From the NCBI GenBank assembly GCA_965222605.1, contig OZ244960.1, positions 2,176,001 through 2,240,000 on the forward strand: 64,000 bases of DNA, given 5' to 3'. This DNA is from Candidatus Latescibacterota bacterium (GTDB lineage Bacteria > Latescibacterota > UBA2968). Within the stretch, counting starts at the first letter, position 1, and each line of letters starts with the position of its first letter. Position numbers and translations under genes: made by a program. A model generated the notes under the pieces. That model was given only the letters and a program-made list of their open reading frames with translations. It had not been told where the DNA came from and made no database searches. Positions 8,371-18,362 of the stretch are shown piece after piece.

Positions 8371-10797
8371 ATGGAAAACAACAAGGTGATCAACGGTGGA
8401 ATCGCGGCACCCCAGGAACCCGTACAGTCCGATTGGGTCGTGGGCTGGGAGGGCGGACAGGACGCCGAGCAGGCTGCCCGTGAGATGGCCAGAATAATGA
8501 GCCGCATTCTCGACAGAGAGGTTGCTGCTGCGTCCTGGTGTGCGACAGCGGCGCGGCACACATTCGTGGTCACGAATGCCGATCGCGCGCCCGCCGAGAT
8601 TGCGGCGCGCCTGGAGGGCAAGCGGCTGGACGCCTTTGCGATTCGATACCCGGTGAAACTGGAGAATCGCGAGGTCTGCCTTTTGGTTGCGAAACACGAG
8701 AAATCCTGCGACCTGCCGGTCTACGCCTTCCTCACCAAATACCTGGGCGCAGAATGGGTGGGGCCCGACCCACTCGGAGAGGTGCTGCCGTCGCTTCCGA
8801 ACTGGGAGATGCCTACGGTGATTGACGATTTCGAAAACCCCGCGTACGAGCACCGCTTCTGGCAGTCTCAGGGGATGAACGCGCGGAGGTGGCTGGGGTC
8901 CTGCTTCCACATGCAGTTCCACCACAACCTTCGGTCGGTGTTCGACCCGGACAAGTACGGCGATCGGGAGGAGTTGTATCCCTTTTACGGCGGCAAGCGT
9001 CACGTGCCGAGGGACGAGGAGAGCAAACGAGCGGGCTGGCAGCCCTGCACGAGCACCGACGAATCTGTCGAGGTGGCGGTACAGTACGGCCTGGATTACC
9101 TGCGGGAAAACACCGACAAGGTAAGCTTCAGCCTGTCGGTGAATGACGGCGGAAAAGGCTCGTGCATGTGCGAGGCCTGTATTGCTCAGGACCCTCCCGG
9201 CGCCCTGGACCGGGGGCAGCCGGACCTGACCGAGCGCTACTTCAAATTCTACAACGCCGTGGCCGAGCGAATCACCCGGGAAAAGCCGGACGCATACGTC
9301 GCGGTGCTGGGATACGGACGGTGTAAAAGCCCGCCGAAGGTGCTCAAAATCCATCCTCGGATCGCAGTGTTCAACGTGTGCAGCAACACGGAATGGGAGC
9401 CTAACGTGGCGGTGCGGCAAGAGGAATGGCAGGCCGCGGGGGCCATTCCCTGCCTGTATCAATGGCTCTGGGATACCGGTTTCCTGACAGTTCGCCACTT
9501 TCCCCACGCAGTCCAGGATGTGGTCAACCTGTCGCACGCGATGGGAGGTTTCGGATACTACTGCGAGGATATCACGATCTGGGCCGCAGGCGGACCGAAA
9601 TTCTACACGCTGGCGCGGCTACTCTGGGATACGAAAACGGACGTAGATGCAACAGTCGATCAGTATTTGCGCCTTGCTTACGGAGAGGCGTCTGTCCCGG
9701 CCATGCGGACCTACTTCCAGCGTTGGGAGAAAATCTGGGAACGCGGGGGCGAAGACATCCGCTATAACACCGGCCGTGGCTGGCGGTCGAAGGCGCATCT
9801 CGAGGACTTGAAAAGGGACGATCTGCTGGTGATGGATAAGGCGATTACCGAGGCATCGGCCGCGCCGGGGACCCTTGAAGAGAAGGCGCGAATGGACTAC
9901 GTACAAACCTACTACCGGTGGCTTCGCATCAATGCCGATCAGTACCTCGTGACACAGGAACTCTCGGATGAGACGTGGATCCTGGCTCGGACTCCCGAGG
10001 AGGTGATGTTGGAGGCGGAACGCGGCATCGGCCTGACATCTGCGTTCGAGGCCATGTGGAAGGAGATCATCTCGAAAGACCGCACGGGATGGCTGATGTC
10101 AGTTCGGTACTCGCCAGAGGAGACCTGGGACCGGTTCCTCAGGCCGCTGCGCCGAGAGGTCCTGGCGGGCTTCGACCCGTCGGTGGATGTGGCGTTCGAC
10201 GCCATCACGCATCACATGCTGGAATCACGCTCAAAGGAGGAGGTCGCGACTTTCTGGAGGGATCAGTTGAACTCCCACCCGGTCCTGGCACCCTGGATCC
10301 GCACGCAGATGCATCTCCTCGAGACAGGACCCGGCGAGAACCTCGTGGAGAACGCGGGCTTCGAAACGGGAGTGCCTGGACCGCCGCCCGAGATAGCGGG
10401 ATGGGAGCCCCACGGGGCCTGGCAAGATGTCCCCGCCATTCACGCGTGGAGCCCGCATGCCAGCCGGAACGGGAGCGAAGCCGCGGCTGTAGGGCGGGCC
10501 TACACCGGAGGGATTCGAACGAAGGTCCCCACGGTGAAAGGGAGGCGCTACAGGGCTTCTGGATGGTACCGTTCGGACTGGGAGGACGAGAAGGGCGAAC
10601 AGCGGCGGCCAATGTGGAGCATCGGCGGGATGCGGTGGCCGCTGCCACCGACGAAAAGCCAGTGGCGGCCATTCTACACGACCTTCACCGCAGACACCGA
10701 CGGCACGGTCATCGACCTGATCACCAACGGGTTAAACCGGGAGGAGTGGACGTGGTTCGATGATGTAGAAGTCGTTGAGATCTGTGGGAGCCCCTGA
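8371..10797 (+). CDS. DUF4838-domain protein with C-terminal carbohydrate-binding-like module
   Basis: RBS AAGGAG; QPCTS..E, ND..CMCEAC, F.N.VAE motifs; ENLVENAGFE..WFDDVEV at the C-terminus. Confidence 0.7.
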   Translation: MENNKVINGGIAAPQEPVQSDWVVGWEGGQDAEQAAREMARIMSRILDREVAAASWCATAARHTFVVTNADRAPAEIAARLEGKRLDAFAIRYPVKLENREVCLLVAKHEKSCDLPVYAFLTKYLGAEWVGPDPLGEVLPSLPNWEMPTVIDDFENPAYEHRFWQSQGMNARRWLGSCFHMQFHHNLRSVFDPDKYGDREELYPFYGGKRHVPRDEESKRAGWQPCTSTDESVEVAVQYGLDYLRENTDKVSFSLSVNDGGKGSCMCEACIAQDPPGALDRGQPDLTERYFKFYNAVAERITREKPDAYVAVLGYGRCKSPPKVLKIHPRIAVFNVCSNTEWEPNVAVRQEEWQAAGAIPCLYQWLWDTGFLTVRHFPHAVQDVVNLSHAMGGFGYYCEDITIWAAGGPKFYTLARLLWDTKTDVDATVDQYLRLAYGEASVPAMRTYFQRWEKIWERGGEDIRYNTGRGWRSKAHLEDLKRDDLLVMDKAITEASAAPGTLEEKARMDYVQTYYRWLRINADQYLVTQELSDETWILARTPEEVMLEAERGIGLTSAFEAMWKEIISKDRTGWLMSVRYSPEETWDRFLRPLRREVLAGFDPSVDVAFDAITHHMLESRSKEEVATFWRDQLNSHPVLAPWIRTQMHLLETGPGENLVENAGFETGVPGPPPEIAGWEPHGAWQDVPAIHAWSPHASRNGSEAAAVGRAYTGGIRTKVPTVKGRRYRASGWYRSDWEDEKGEQRRPMWSIGGMRWPLPPTKSQWRPFYTTFTADTDGTVIDLITNGLNREEWTWFDDVEVVEICGSP

Positions 10798-10870
10798 CCT
10801 TGATCAATGGCAGGCTTTTTTAGAAGACCTTTTGCCCCTGATAAAACGCACCGACACCGCGGAAAACCGA

Positions 10871-13321
10871 TCACCGCCCCCGACCATAGGAAAAGACCAC
10901 CTCCCGAGATTCGGTCTGTCTGCTTACGAGGTCGGTAACTGTAACCTCGAGGGCTTTGAACCCTAGATTAGTCTTTCTAAGGTCGAGTTCAAAGTAGGCT
11001 GTTTCAACGTCCTCAGACGAACCAATCTGTTCATAATTGATCGCCACCTGTGGTTTGCGGTTTCTGAGAAGCGAGCGCAATCCAGATGTCAATATGCCGA
11101 GGGCGCCGATAGATGATTCGGATACTGGCCGGACTCGAAACTGCGTTCTGTACCGGGTCTGACCAAATTCATCGCTTTTCAGGTTATAGATTTCAAAAAA
11201 CACAAAAACCTTCTGACCTTCGCCGTAGGTACGTGTGGGCATGGGAATAATCCAGACATCTCCCTTTCTGAATTTCTCCACCGAACCCGTATCGGCGATT
11301 GTTGCAGCCATCTGGATATCGCTGATACGAAGATGCTCATCGGAGAAGTCGGACACTTGCAGGGATTGCCGATAGATTCCGGTTCGACTGCTGGAAATGT
11401 CCTTCACCTGGACCTGAAGTTCGTACTTACCTGGCGGGACCTGTAGCCGAAGTATTTCGGGCATGAAGGATCCCTTTTTCTCATCGAAATCACTGGACAC
11501 CCTGTATGTCTGCTCAATGGCGTTTCTGTGAATCTCTCTGAATCCGCTTGAGGCCAGAGCAACGGCACAACGGGCATAGGCAAACGCGGAGTCCGCATCC
11601 TGGTGAAGTTGAATCTGTTCGCCTGGAATTGCGTAGTAGATTTCCAGGTTCGTGCTCCCCTCCTCTCCGCGGAATCCAGCAAAGTCATAATAGAAGTCCA
11701 GGGGGGCATGCTGAAAAGAAGGACGGTAATGATCGGGAATGGTAGCAACCGCGTTCTGGAATACGACATGCGGTGCGAAATCGGAAATCAGCGCCAGTTG
11801 TGAAACATCTGCATCCAGGTTTGGCGGAGGAATTGGAGCAAACCCAAAATTGCCGGTGCCCCGGTCATCCGTAAATGTAATCTCGAACCCCCTCCCAATC
11901 CCGGTATAAGTCCACGTCTCCCAGGGAATGGTCGCCGATTCATTTCCCAATGTAACGGGTGAATAACCCCCAAAATTCAATTTCTTTTCCAGGTTGCCGA
12001 TCAAAAATTCGTTCTCTGTTTTCTGGGGTATTTCCTCCAGTTCTTCTTCTGGATCCGGAAGAGCCGGGATATCGGCATCCAGTTCCTCAACGGAGGATCC
12101 AGGTTGGCTGGATACGTCTGATTGTGCATCATCCGAATCGGCTCCAAATCGCACCGCCTCGCCAGGACTTCGGCGCGAGCGGACAGGAAAAATCGGACCC
12201 GTAAAGGTCAGATAAGCCGCATCGGGGCCGTACAGAGCCGTTGCCATTCGCGTGCGGACCGTTTCCACATTGGGATCGGAAGTAAAATGTCTTCGGGTTG
12301 ACATCGAGCGATAATCGGGTTCACCATATCGGACATAGACTTTGCCCCGCTGGTCCCAGGGCCGAATACCATTGAAAAAAAAGGTCCGAGCATACCAGAC
12401 GCGGCGGTAATGCTCAATGATTCTCTCATTGATACGGGTGAGAATATCAGAATCACGCTGATTCCAGAAATTCTGCAAATAATCCGTTTTATCCGATTCC
12501 GGCGTCGCGCGGTATTCCTCGAGTTCTCTATCGGAAGCTACCATAGAGATATCTGTATAGAACATTCGTTCCGACTCATCAAGTCTTTGGAGATACCGCT
12601 CAAATACCTCAAGCGCTTGAACATAGCGTTCATTCAAAAAGTGGGACTGAGCTACAATCGGTAAAATCTTCGTCGCTTCTGGATGGGTGTTCAGGAAGGG
12701 CGCAATGAACCGATCGACTTTCTCGTAGTCCCCGGCCCGCACGCAGGCCAGGCCGAAATAATAGAGTCCGTCGGGATTGTCAGGTTCCAATAAAACATAT
12801 CGCGTGAAGTATCCAATCGCTTTTTCAGGGTTTTCCTCGAAGCGACTGTAAATTTCACCCAGGAGTCGATAAGCAGGACCATATGTGGAATCGATTTTGA
12901 CGGCCTGCTTTGCCTCTCTTATGGCCCGACGATAGTTGTAGAATGCACCTAACCCCCGTGCGGGTTCTTCCACGTACGCAATCCCCAATCCGACATACGC
13001 TTCCAGGTAATTCTCATCAATCGACTTTGCCCTTTTGAAAGCCCTCTGGGCCTCCGCATAATGACCTGCCCGAAGAAAGCTATTTCCCAGTTGGGTCATG
13101 AGTTCGGCTTCATTGCGACCAGATTTCAGGAGAAGGCGCAACGTCTCACCAGCTTCTTTCTCCTGATTTACCATAACCTGGTGTTTCCACAAGGCGAGAA
13201 GGGAATCGCTCTCCTGGGGACTGATGGAGATAGTCTTAGACGACTCCCCCGATAGGGGAATTAGAACCCAAAAAATCAAGATCAAGACTCCCCGCTTTGA
13301 AAACATTTTTAGCCCTCTCAA
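10871..13321 (-). CDS. TPR-repeat GWxTD-domain protein
   Basis: Signal peptide, TPR helices, FWNQRD..NERIIEHYRRV.YA..PWDQRGKVYVRYGEPD. Confidence 0.8.
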   Translation of the reverse strand: MRGLKMFSKRGVLILIFWVLIPLSGESSKTISISPQESDSLLALWKHQVMVNQEKEAGETLRLLLKSGRNEAELMTQLGNSFLRAGHYAEAQRAFKRAKSIDENYLEAYVGLGIAYVEEPARGLGAFYNYRRAIREAKQAVKIDSTYGPAYRLLGEIYSRFEENPEKAIGYFTRYVLLEPDNPDGLYYFGLACVRAGDYEKVDRFIAPFLNTHPEATKILPIVAQSHFLNERYVQALEVFERYLQRLDESERMFYTDISMVASDRELEEYRATPESDKTDYLQNFWNQRDSDILTRINERIIEHYRRVWYARTFFFNGIRPWDQRGKVYVRYGEPDYRSMSTRRHFTSDPNVETVRTRMATALYGPDAAYLTFTGPIFPVRSRRSPGEAVRFGADSDDAQSDVSSQPGSSVEELDADIPALPDPEEELEEIPQKTENEFLIGNLEKKLNFGGYSPVTLGNESATIPWETWTYTGIGRGFEITFTDDRGTGNFGFAPIPPPNLDADVSQLALISDFAPHVVFQNAVATIPDHYRPSFQHAPLDFYYDFAGFRGEEGSTNLEIYYAIPGEQIQLHQDADSAFAYARCAVALASSGFREIHRNAIEQTYRVSSDFDEKKGSFMPEILRLQVPPGKYELQVQVKDISSSRTGIYRQSLQVSDFSDEHLRISDIQMAATIADTGSVEKFRKGDVWIIPMPTRTYGEGQKVFVFFEIYNLKSDEFGQTRYRTQFRVRPVSESSIGALGILTSGLRSLLRNRKPQVAINYEQIGSSEDVETAYFELDLRKTNLGFKALEVTVTDLVSRQTESREVVFSYGRGR

Positions 13322-13396
13322 TTTCTTCCCGTGATCTCCTGCAACGCTTCAATATCCTCCTGGAAAATCTTTCGCAGTGAGTCCCACATCCTATTC

Positions 13397-14263
13397 CTAT
13401 CCAATCGCTGATCGCTTTGGCAGCGCGGCTCTAAACGCCGCCACACTCTCCCATTCAGGACCCAGCGCGTGCCGCGAGTATATCGGATCTGGATGCCGAT
13501 ACATCAGATGCGCAGTGCGCCGAATCCGCTGCGTCTGCCGGACAGTCCCGCAGTGATAACTGGCAATATTGAACACCACCGCAGACCCCGCCGGAGCATG
13601 GACATCGGCCCGACCAATACGTCGAGGATTTGTGCGACCAAAAGAATCTGTCCAGATCGGTTTATCCGGATCGACATACGCCGTCTCACTATCGGCAATC
13701 CGCAAAACACCCTCACCCCATCCGCTCTTGCCATCCCGCGTCTTGGGCAGTTGTCTCTTGGTCTCCGCACTCTCTGGAATAAGGCTCGTACAGTGGGACT
13801 CGGCATCCACATCGTCCAGATAGTAAATCACCTGTATCGCCGGAGCGAAAAACTCATTTCGATCAGCACCCTCCACAATACCGTTGTACTCCCGGTGCCA
13901 CTGCCGCGAGAGACAGAGCGGATCGCCGCCGTCAATATCCTCCGGCGGCTCGGCAGCACACGGCTCGCGCCGCAAAAAACTCAGACTGCTAAACTGAACA
14001 CCCTCTCCGAGAATGCGGCGCACCAGTGGCGCAATCGACGGATGGTGAACCACGCCATCCAGCGCCTCTGTCCTGTGCATCAACTCCGGTGCCCTGCAGC
14101 CTACCGCTATATGCCCCGGACGCGGTCCAGGCTCCCATTCCTTTGGGTGCGCGGCCACATCGGCATCAATCCCCTCGTTAATCGCCGCCACCTCCTCCGG
14201 TGAAAGTGCCCCCTGCACCACGACATACCCATTCTCCGCGAAACATCTCAGTTTCTCGTCCAT
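13397..14263 (-). CDS. Phytanoyl-CoA dioxygenase (PhyH) family Fe(II)/2OG oxygenase
   Basis: FAENGYVVV..ALS, WHRE, YYLDDVD, AGSAVVF..YHCG. Confidence 0.8.
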   Translation of the reverse strand: MDEKLRCFAENGYVVVQGALSPEEVAAINEGIDADVAAHPKEWEPGPRPGHIAVGCRAPELMHRTEALDGVVHHPSIAPLVRRILGEGVQFSSLSFLRREPCAAEPPEDIDGGDPLCLSRQWHREYNGIVEGADRNEFFAPAIQVIYYLDDVDAESHCTSLIPESAETKRQLPKTRDGKSGWGEGVLRIADSETAYVDPDKPIWTDSFGRTNPRRIGRADVHAPAGSAVVFNIASYHCGTVRQTQRIRRTAHLMYRHPDPIYSRHALGPEWESVAAFRAALPKRSAIG

Positions 14264-14291
14264 CGCATCGCTCCTTTAAAAAGACACCGTA

Positions 14292-15389
14292 TCAAACCGA
14301 ATATCTCTCAAGAACATCCCGATCAATCTCAATCCCCAGCCCGGGACCCTGAGGAACCGCGAGAAAACCATCCACGGGCAAAATAGGCTCTTTGGCCAAT
14401 TCTGTTCGAAGCCCATTTTCAGTCATATCGCATTCAAAAAAAGAAGGGACTGGATTCATGGAACCGAACGCATCTGGCATCGACGCCTGCCAGTGCAGGG
14501 TAGCGACAAGGCCAACGACTGCCCCCCACATATGCGGCATAACCTGGATATAATTGGCACTGGCCATCGCCACAACCTTTCTCGCCTCGGTAAACCCGCC
14601 GACAATCGCAATATCCGGCTGCACGATATCCACTGCTCTTCGCTGTATAAACTCTCGAAATGCCCACCGCCCCTGCAAACCCTCGCATCCCGCAATCCGC
14701 ATCCCGAGCGCCCTTTTAATTTCTACATACCCGGCCACATCATCCCTCGAAATCGGTTCTTCAAACCAGAACAGATCGTACGCATCCATCTTGCGTCCCA
14801 CCTCTATCGCCGTACCCACATCATAGGCGAGATTTGCATCCACACACAAAAGAATATCATCGCCAATCGCTTTCCGCACAGCAGCCACATTCTTCTCATC
14901 ATAAACCTTCCCAAGCCCAACCTTCATCTTCATCGCGGGAAAACCCTGATCCACATATCCTTTGGCCTCATCCATCAATGCCTGTGTGTTATCCGGCCTG
15001 TCTTTCCTAAACAACCCGCTGGCATAGCAGGGGATACGGTCCCGAAATGCGCCCCCCAGAAGGCGATAAACCGGCACATCAAGCGCCTTTCCCATAATAT
15101 CCCACAACGCAATATCCACGCCGCTGGTCGCGCCCACATTTCTCAGATTCCTCGCATTATTCAGCGCGTCCCAGATCACTTCGCAATCGAACGGATCCTT
15201 CCCAATCACATGCCGCTGAATATCCGACTCACTCAGCGACCCCGTCCCCTGCCCCCATCCCGTAATGCCCGCATCGGTGAAAACCTCCGCCAGAATAGAT
15301 GACCGCGCCGTATTCCACGTAAAAGAATTTCCGTACTTCTCGGTCACAGGATAGCGCAAACGATGATATTTAACCTCGGTAATCTTCAT
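14292..15389 (-). CDS. Mandelate racemase/muconate lactonizing enzyme family (enolase superfamily)
   Basis: DIALWDIMGK, KMKVG, VDAN, WFEEP, QPD, PQGPGLGIE; start at ATG 15389 after GGGGAG. Confidence 0.9.
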   Translation of the reverse strand: MKITEVKYHRLRYPVTEKYGNSFTWNTARSSILAEVFTDAGITGWGQGTGSLSESDIQRHVIGKDPFDCEVIWDALNNARNLRNVGATSGVDIALWDIMGKALDVPVYRLLGGAFRDRIPCYASGLFRKDRPDNTQALMDEAKGYVDQGFPAMKMKVGLGKVYDEKNVAAVRKAIGDDILLCVDANLAYDVGTAIEVGRKMDAYDLFWFEEPISRDDVAGYVEIKRALGMRIAGCEGLQGRWAFREFIQRRAVDIVQPDIAIVGGFTEARKVVAMASANYIQVMPHMWGAVVGLVATLHWQASMPDAFGSMNPVPSFFECDMTENGLRTELAKEPILPVDGFLAVPQGPGLGIEIDRDVLERYSV

Positions 15390-15529
15390 ATTCTCCCCCA
15401 ACGACTATACATCCCCAAAATCCACATCCGCCGCATCGGTACAACATATAAACCCGCCCGAAAATACAACCCCATTTTACCAAAGTCAACCAACACCGAA
15501 CTTCAGAATTTCCCTCTTTCTGATCTAAC

Positions 15530-15558
15530 TTGCTATTCATTTCGACCTTGCCCATATT
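15530..15558 (+). promoter_or_regulatory. Putative sigma70-type promoter, copy 1 of a duplicated segment
   Basis: TTGCTA-N17-CATATT; both hexamers and the spacer length are kept in the copy at 16794-16822. Confidence 0.5.
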
Positions 15559-15604
15559 CTAATAAACAAACCGATCCAGAAATCTCCATCGCAAGGAGAA
15601 CGCA

Positions 15605-16687
15605 ATGGCCGAACCCAGAGGCAAAGCCTTTCAGACCGTGCGAGATACCGCTCCCAGAAATACCTATCGAGGCGCTGTTATAGGATGCGGCAGAATGGGA
15701 AGCACCATTGACGACGAACACATTGGAATGCCCCATTACCCATGGCCCTGGGCACACGCGCCTGCAATGATTGAAGCCAGGGGAATTGATCTCGTTGCCG
15801 CCGCTGATGAGGATCCCGCTAAACTCGAGGACTTCAAACAGCGCTGGGACGTATCAGCCCTCTACACCGATTACCGGGAGATGATCGAAAAAGAACAGAT
15901 CGACGTGGTCTGTCTGACCACCCGCCCCGAACCTCGCGCTGAAATCACGGTCGGTCTGGCCGAACTGGGGGTCAAAGCCATTTTTGCCACCAAACCGATG
16001 TGCCGCACGCTGGCCGATGCCGATACCATGATCGATACCTGCGCCAGGAACGGCGTCATCCTCACAATGGCCTGTCATCTCAACTGGTATAGCTACTACA
16101 CAAACGCCCGCCGGCTCATTGCCGACGGCGCCATTGGTCCCTTAAAATCAATGATCTGCCACAGTCCCTCGAACCTTTCCAATATTCAAAGCCACACCCT
16201 ATCCTTACTCCGCCTCTTTGCCGGTGCTCCAGCCCAATGGGTAGTCGGCCTTATCGACACAGACAAACAAGCCCAGTCTAATTCCGACATTCCAGGATCG
16301 GGAATCATCGTATATGAAAACGGCATCCGCACCATCTTAAACTCCCGCTCCGAAACCATGCCTTTTGCCTGGTCCCTGGAGTTCATCGGCGAAACCGGCC
16401 GCATTATCTCCCGCAACGCCCATGCCCAGTTTGAGATATGGACCCCACATCCCGAAACCGGTGCGCCCACCCAGACGCACCTCCCGGGACCCTGGCATCC
16501 CAGAAGCTCAATGGTTGACGCCATCGAAGGCGTCTGTCGCTCTATTGAACAGGGGCGCGAAGACATCTGCCCCGGCGAGTTTGGCCGCGAAGCTCTTGAA
16601 ATCGGCATTGCCATAAGAGAATCTCACCGCCGCGGCAACATCCGCATTGACCTGCCCCTTGAAGACCGCAGCCTCCGGATGGGGTAA
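15605..16687 (+). CDS. Gfo/Idh/MocA family oxidoreductase
   Basis: VIGCGRMG, YTDYREM, TKPMC; RBS AAGGAG. Confidence 0.9.
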   Translation: MAEPRGKAFQTVRDTAPRNTYRGAVIGCGRMGSTIDDEHIGMPHYPWPWAHAPAMIEARGIDLVAAADEDPAKLEDFKQRWDVSALYTDYREMIEKEQIDVVCLTTRPEPRAEITVGLAELGVKAIFATKPMCRTLADADTMIDTCARNGVILTMACHLNWYSYYTNARRLIADGAIGPLKSMICHSPSNLSNIQSHTLSLLRLFAGAPAQWVVGLIDTDKQAQSNSDIPGSGIIVYENGIRTILNSRSETMPFAWSLEFIGETGRIISRNAHAQFEIWTPHPETGAPTQTHLPGPWHPRSSMVDAIEGVCRSIEQGREDICPGEFGREALEIGIAIRESHRRGNIRIDLPLEDRSLRMG

Positions 16688-16793
16688 TCTGATCTTGTCA
16701 ACTGTTTAAGAGATATATTTCTGAAAAAAGTCAGTAATCTTGCGGTATTATTACTCGCAACCAACATGTATAACGTCAATTTCTTATCTGGAC

Positions 16794-16822
16794 TTGCTAC
16801 TTATACCGACCTTGCCCATATT
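16794..16822 (+). promoter_or_regulatory. Putative promoter, copy 2, upstream of the TA pair
   Basis: TTGCTA-N17-CATATT inside a ~60-bp near-copy of 15523-15583. Confidence 0.5.
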
Positions 16823-16883
16823 TTAATGGACAAACTGATCCAGAAATTTCTGTTGTTCACCCTCTTTACACAGGATTAGTAAA

Positions 16884-17183
16884 ATGGCTTCCTGGCAAAT
16901 TAAGCAACTCGAAAAAATGAGCGAAACGGATCCCGATTTGATAGATGATGTACTCCATCATTTCTACGAATCAAACCCCGTACGTCTTGAAAAACTTGTG
17001 CTCGGTGCTTATCTCGATCGTGATATTAACCTCAGCAAGGCAGCAGAACTTCTCGGTCTCCATCGAGAAGAACTGCGACAACGCTTCCTCAAACAGGGCA
17101 TTCCACTGCGAGAAGGAAGCCAATCTGTTGATGAACTAAAAGCTGAAATTGCTGCTGCTGATCAAATGGGACGTTCGAAGTGA
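16884..17183 (+). CDS. UPF0175-family putative antitoxin
   Basis: Y..INLSKAAELLGL HTH signature; GTGA overlap with the next gene. Confidence 0.75.
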   Translation: MASWQIKQLEKMSETDPDLIDDVLHHFYESNPVRLEKLVLGAYLDRDINLSKAAELLGLHREELRQRFLKQGIPLREGSQSVDELKAEIAAADQMGRSK

Positions 17184-17653
17184 TCATTATTGACAATACC
17201 GTATTGTCTAATTTTGCACGTACAAACCACCTTCAACTATTAGAATTATTCTGCCGCAGTCGTGGATTGATCGTTCAAGCAGTCAGGGAGGAGTTTCAAC
17301 GGGGTATCAGCAGAGGCTTATTTCCTGAAACAGACTTATCGTGGATGAATCAAATCGATATCACAGACCCCAAAGAAATCTATCTTTCACAACGTTATAG
17401 ATTGGAGTTGGGCAACGGTGAATCTGACTGCCTGGCTATCGCCGTATGCCGTAACCATGAACTGCTCACTGATGATCGCAAGGCTCGTCAGATCGGATTT
17501 CGTGAACAAGTACGTGTTTCGGGAAGTGTTGGTGTTCTTGGTTCGCTTGTCAGACGATCCACCATCTCGTTATATGAAGGAAACCGGGTGTTAGCAGAAT
17601 TTATTAACGCGGGATATTTCTCACCCATTGAGGAGCTTGATGATTTGATTTGA
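17180..17653 (+). CDS. DUF3368-type PIN-domain putative toxin
   Basis: IIDNTVLSNF, LGNGESDCLA, LLTDDRKAR, GSVGVL. Confidence 0.8.
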   Translation: MIIIDNTVLSNFARTNHLQLLELFCRSRGLIVQAVREEFQRGISRGLFPETDLSWMNQIDITDPKEIYLSQRYRLELGNGESDCLAIAVCRNHELLTDDRKARQIGFREQVRVSGSVGVLGSLVRRSTISLYEGNRVLAEFINAGYFSPIEELDDLI

Positions 17654-17737
17654 CAGACAAAGTTACAGACAGATCAATTATCCAACGAAAGATCCATTGG
17701 TTCTATCTTGGTTATGGAGCATCTCTTACTTTCCGGA

Positions 17738-18130
17738 ATGAAAATGATCGTCGTATATGGAATTAAAGAAAAATTGAACCCCATAAAAGCAAAATTATCC
17801 GATGTGATCCACGGGTGTATGCAATCCGTCCTCGGTATGCCAGAGGACAAGCGAGCGCATCGCTTTGTGCCCATGGCCAAAGAGGATTTTTATTATCCCG
17901 GGGGTCGCACGGATGCATACACCGTAATAGAAATCAACATGATGGCTGGTCGCCAGGTGGAAACCCAAAAGAACCTGATCAAAACGCTATTCAAAGAAAT
18001 CGAGAGCCAGTTATCTATTTCTCCCATAGACATCGAAATCACCATCAAAGAACAAGCACCGCATTGCTGGGGATTTCGGGGCATAACGGGTGATGAAGCC
18101 AACGACCTCAAGTACAAAGTCAACGTTTAA
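17738..18130 (+). CDS. Tautomerase-superfamily protein lacking Pro-1
   Basis: IEINMMAGR..QK..I..E..WGFRG; start is ATG 17738 or 17744. Confidence 0.75.
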   Translation: MKMIVVYGIKEKLNPIKAKLSDVIHGCMQSVLGMPEDKRAHRFVPMAKEDFYYPGGRTDAYTVIEINMMAGRQVETQKNLIKTLFKEIESQLSISPIDIEITIKEQAPHCWGFRGITGDEANDLKYKVNV

Positions 18131-18164
18131 CAGGGCAATTGCTGCTAATCAAAGGAGAAAAACC

Positions 18165-18362
18165 ATGGCTACACAAACACAACAAGCAGAAATGGATCAG
18201 GGATTGTCCCTTGCTCAGCGTCGTGCCTATATGAAGTTGCCGCTTGCAGAACGCCGCAAGCGACTTGCAGAGCAAGCGAAACAAATGGTAGAGTACTACG
18301 AGCAGGAGCCGGAACGGATAGAACGCGAAGCTTGGCAGGGAGGCGACATTGTTGAGCCATAG
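18165..18362 (+). CDS. Small helical protein, putative antitoxin of the downstream MazF
   Basis: RBS AAAGGAG; 65 aa; overlaps the toxin start. Confidence 0.65.
   Translation: MATQTQQAEMDQGLSLAQRRAYMKLPLAERRKRLAEQAKQMVEYYEQEPERIEREAWQGGDIVEP

Noticed and set aside
8356-9537. Long antisense ORFs (also 22118..23134, 41577..42668, 58915..59826, 60896..61753)
   Set aside because: Shadows of well-supported genes on the opposite strand; no recognisable motifs.
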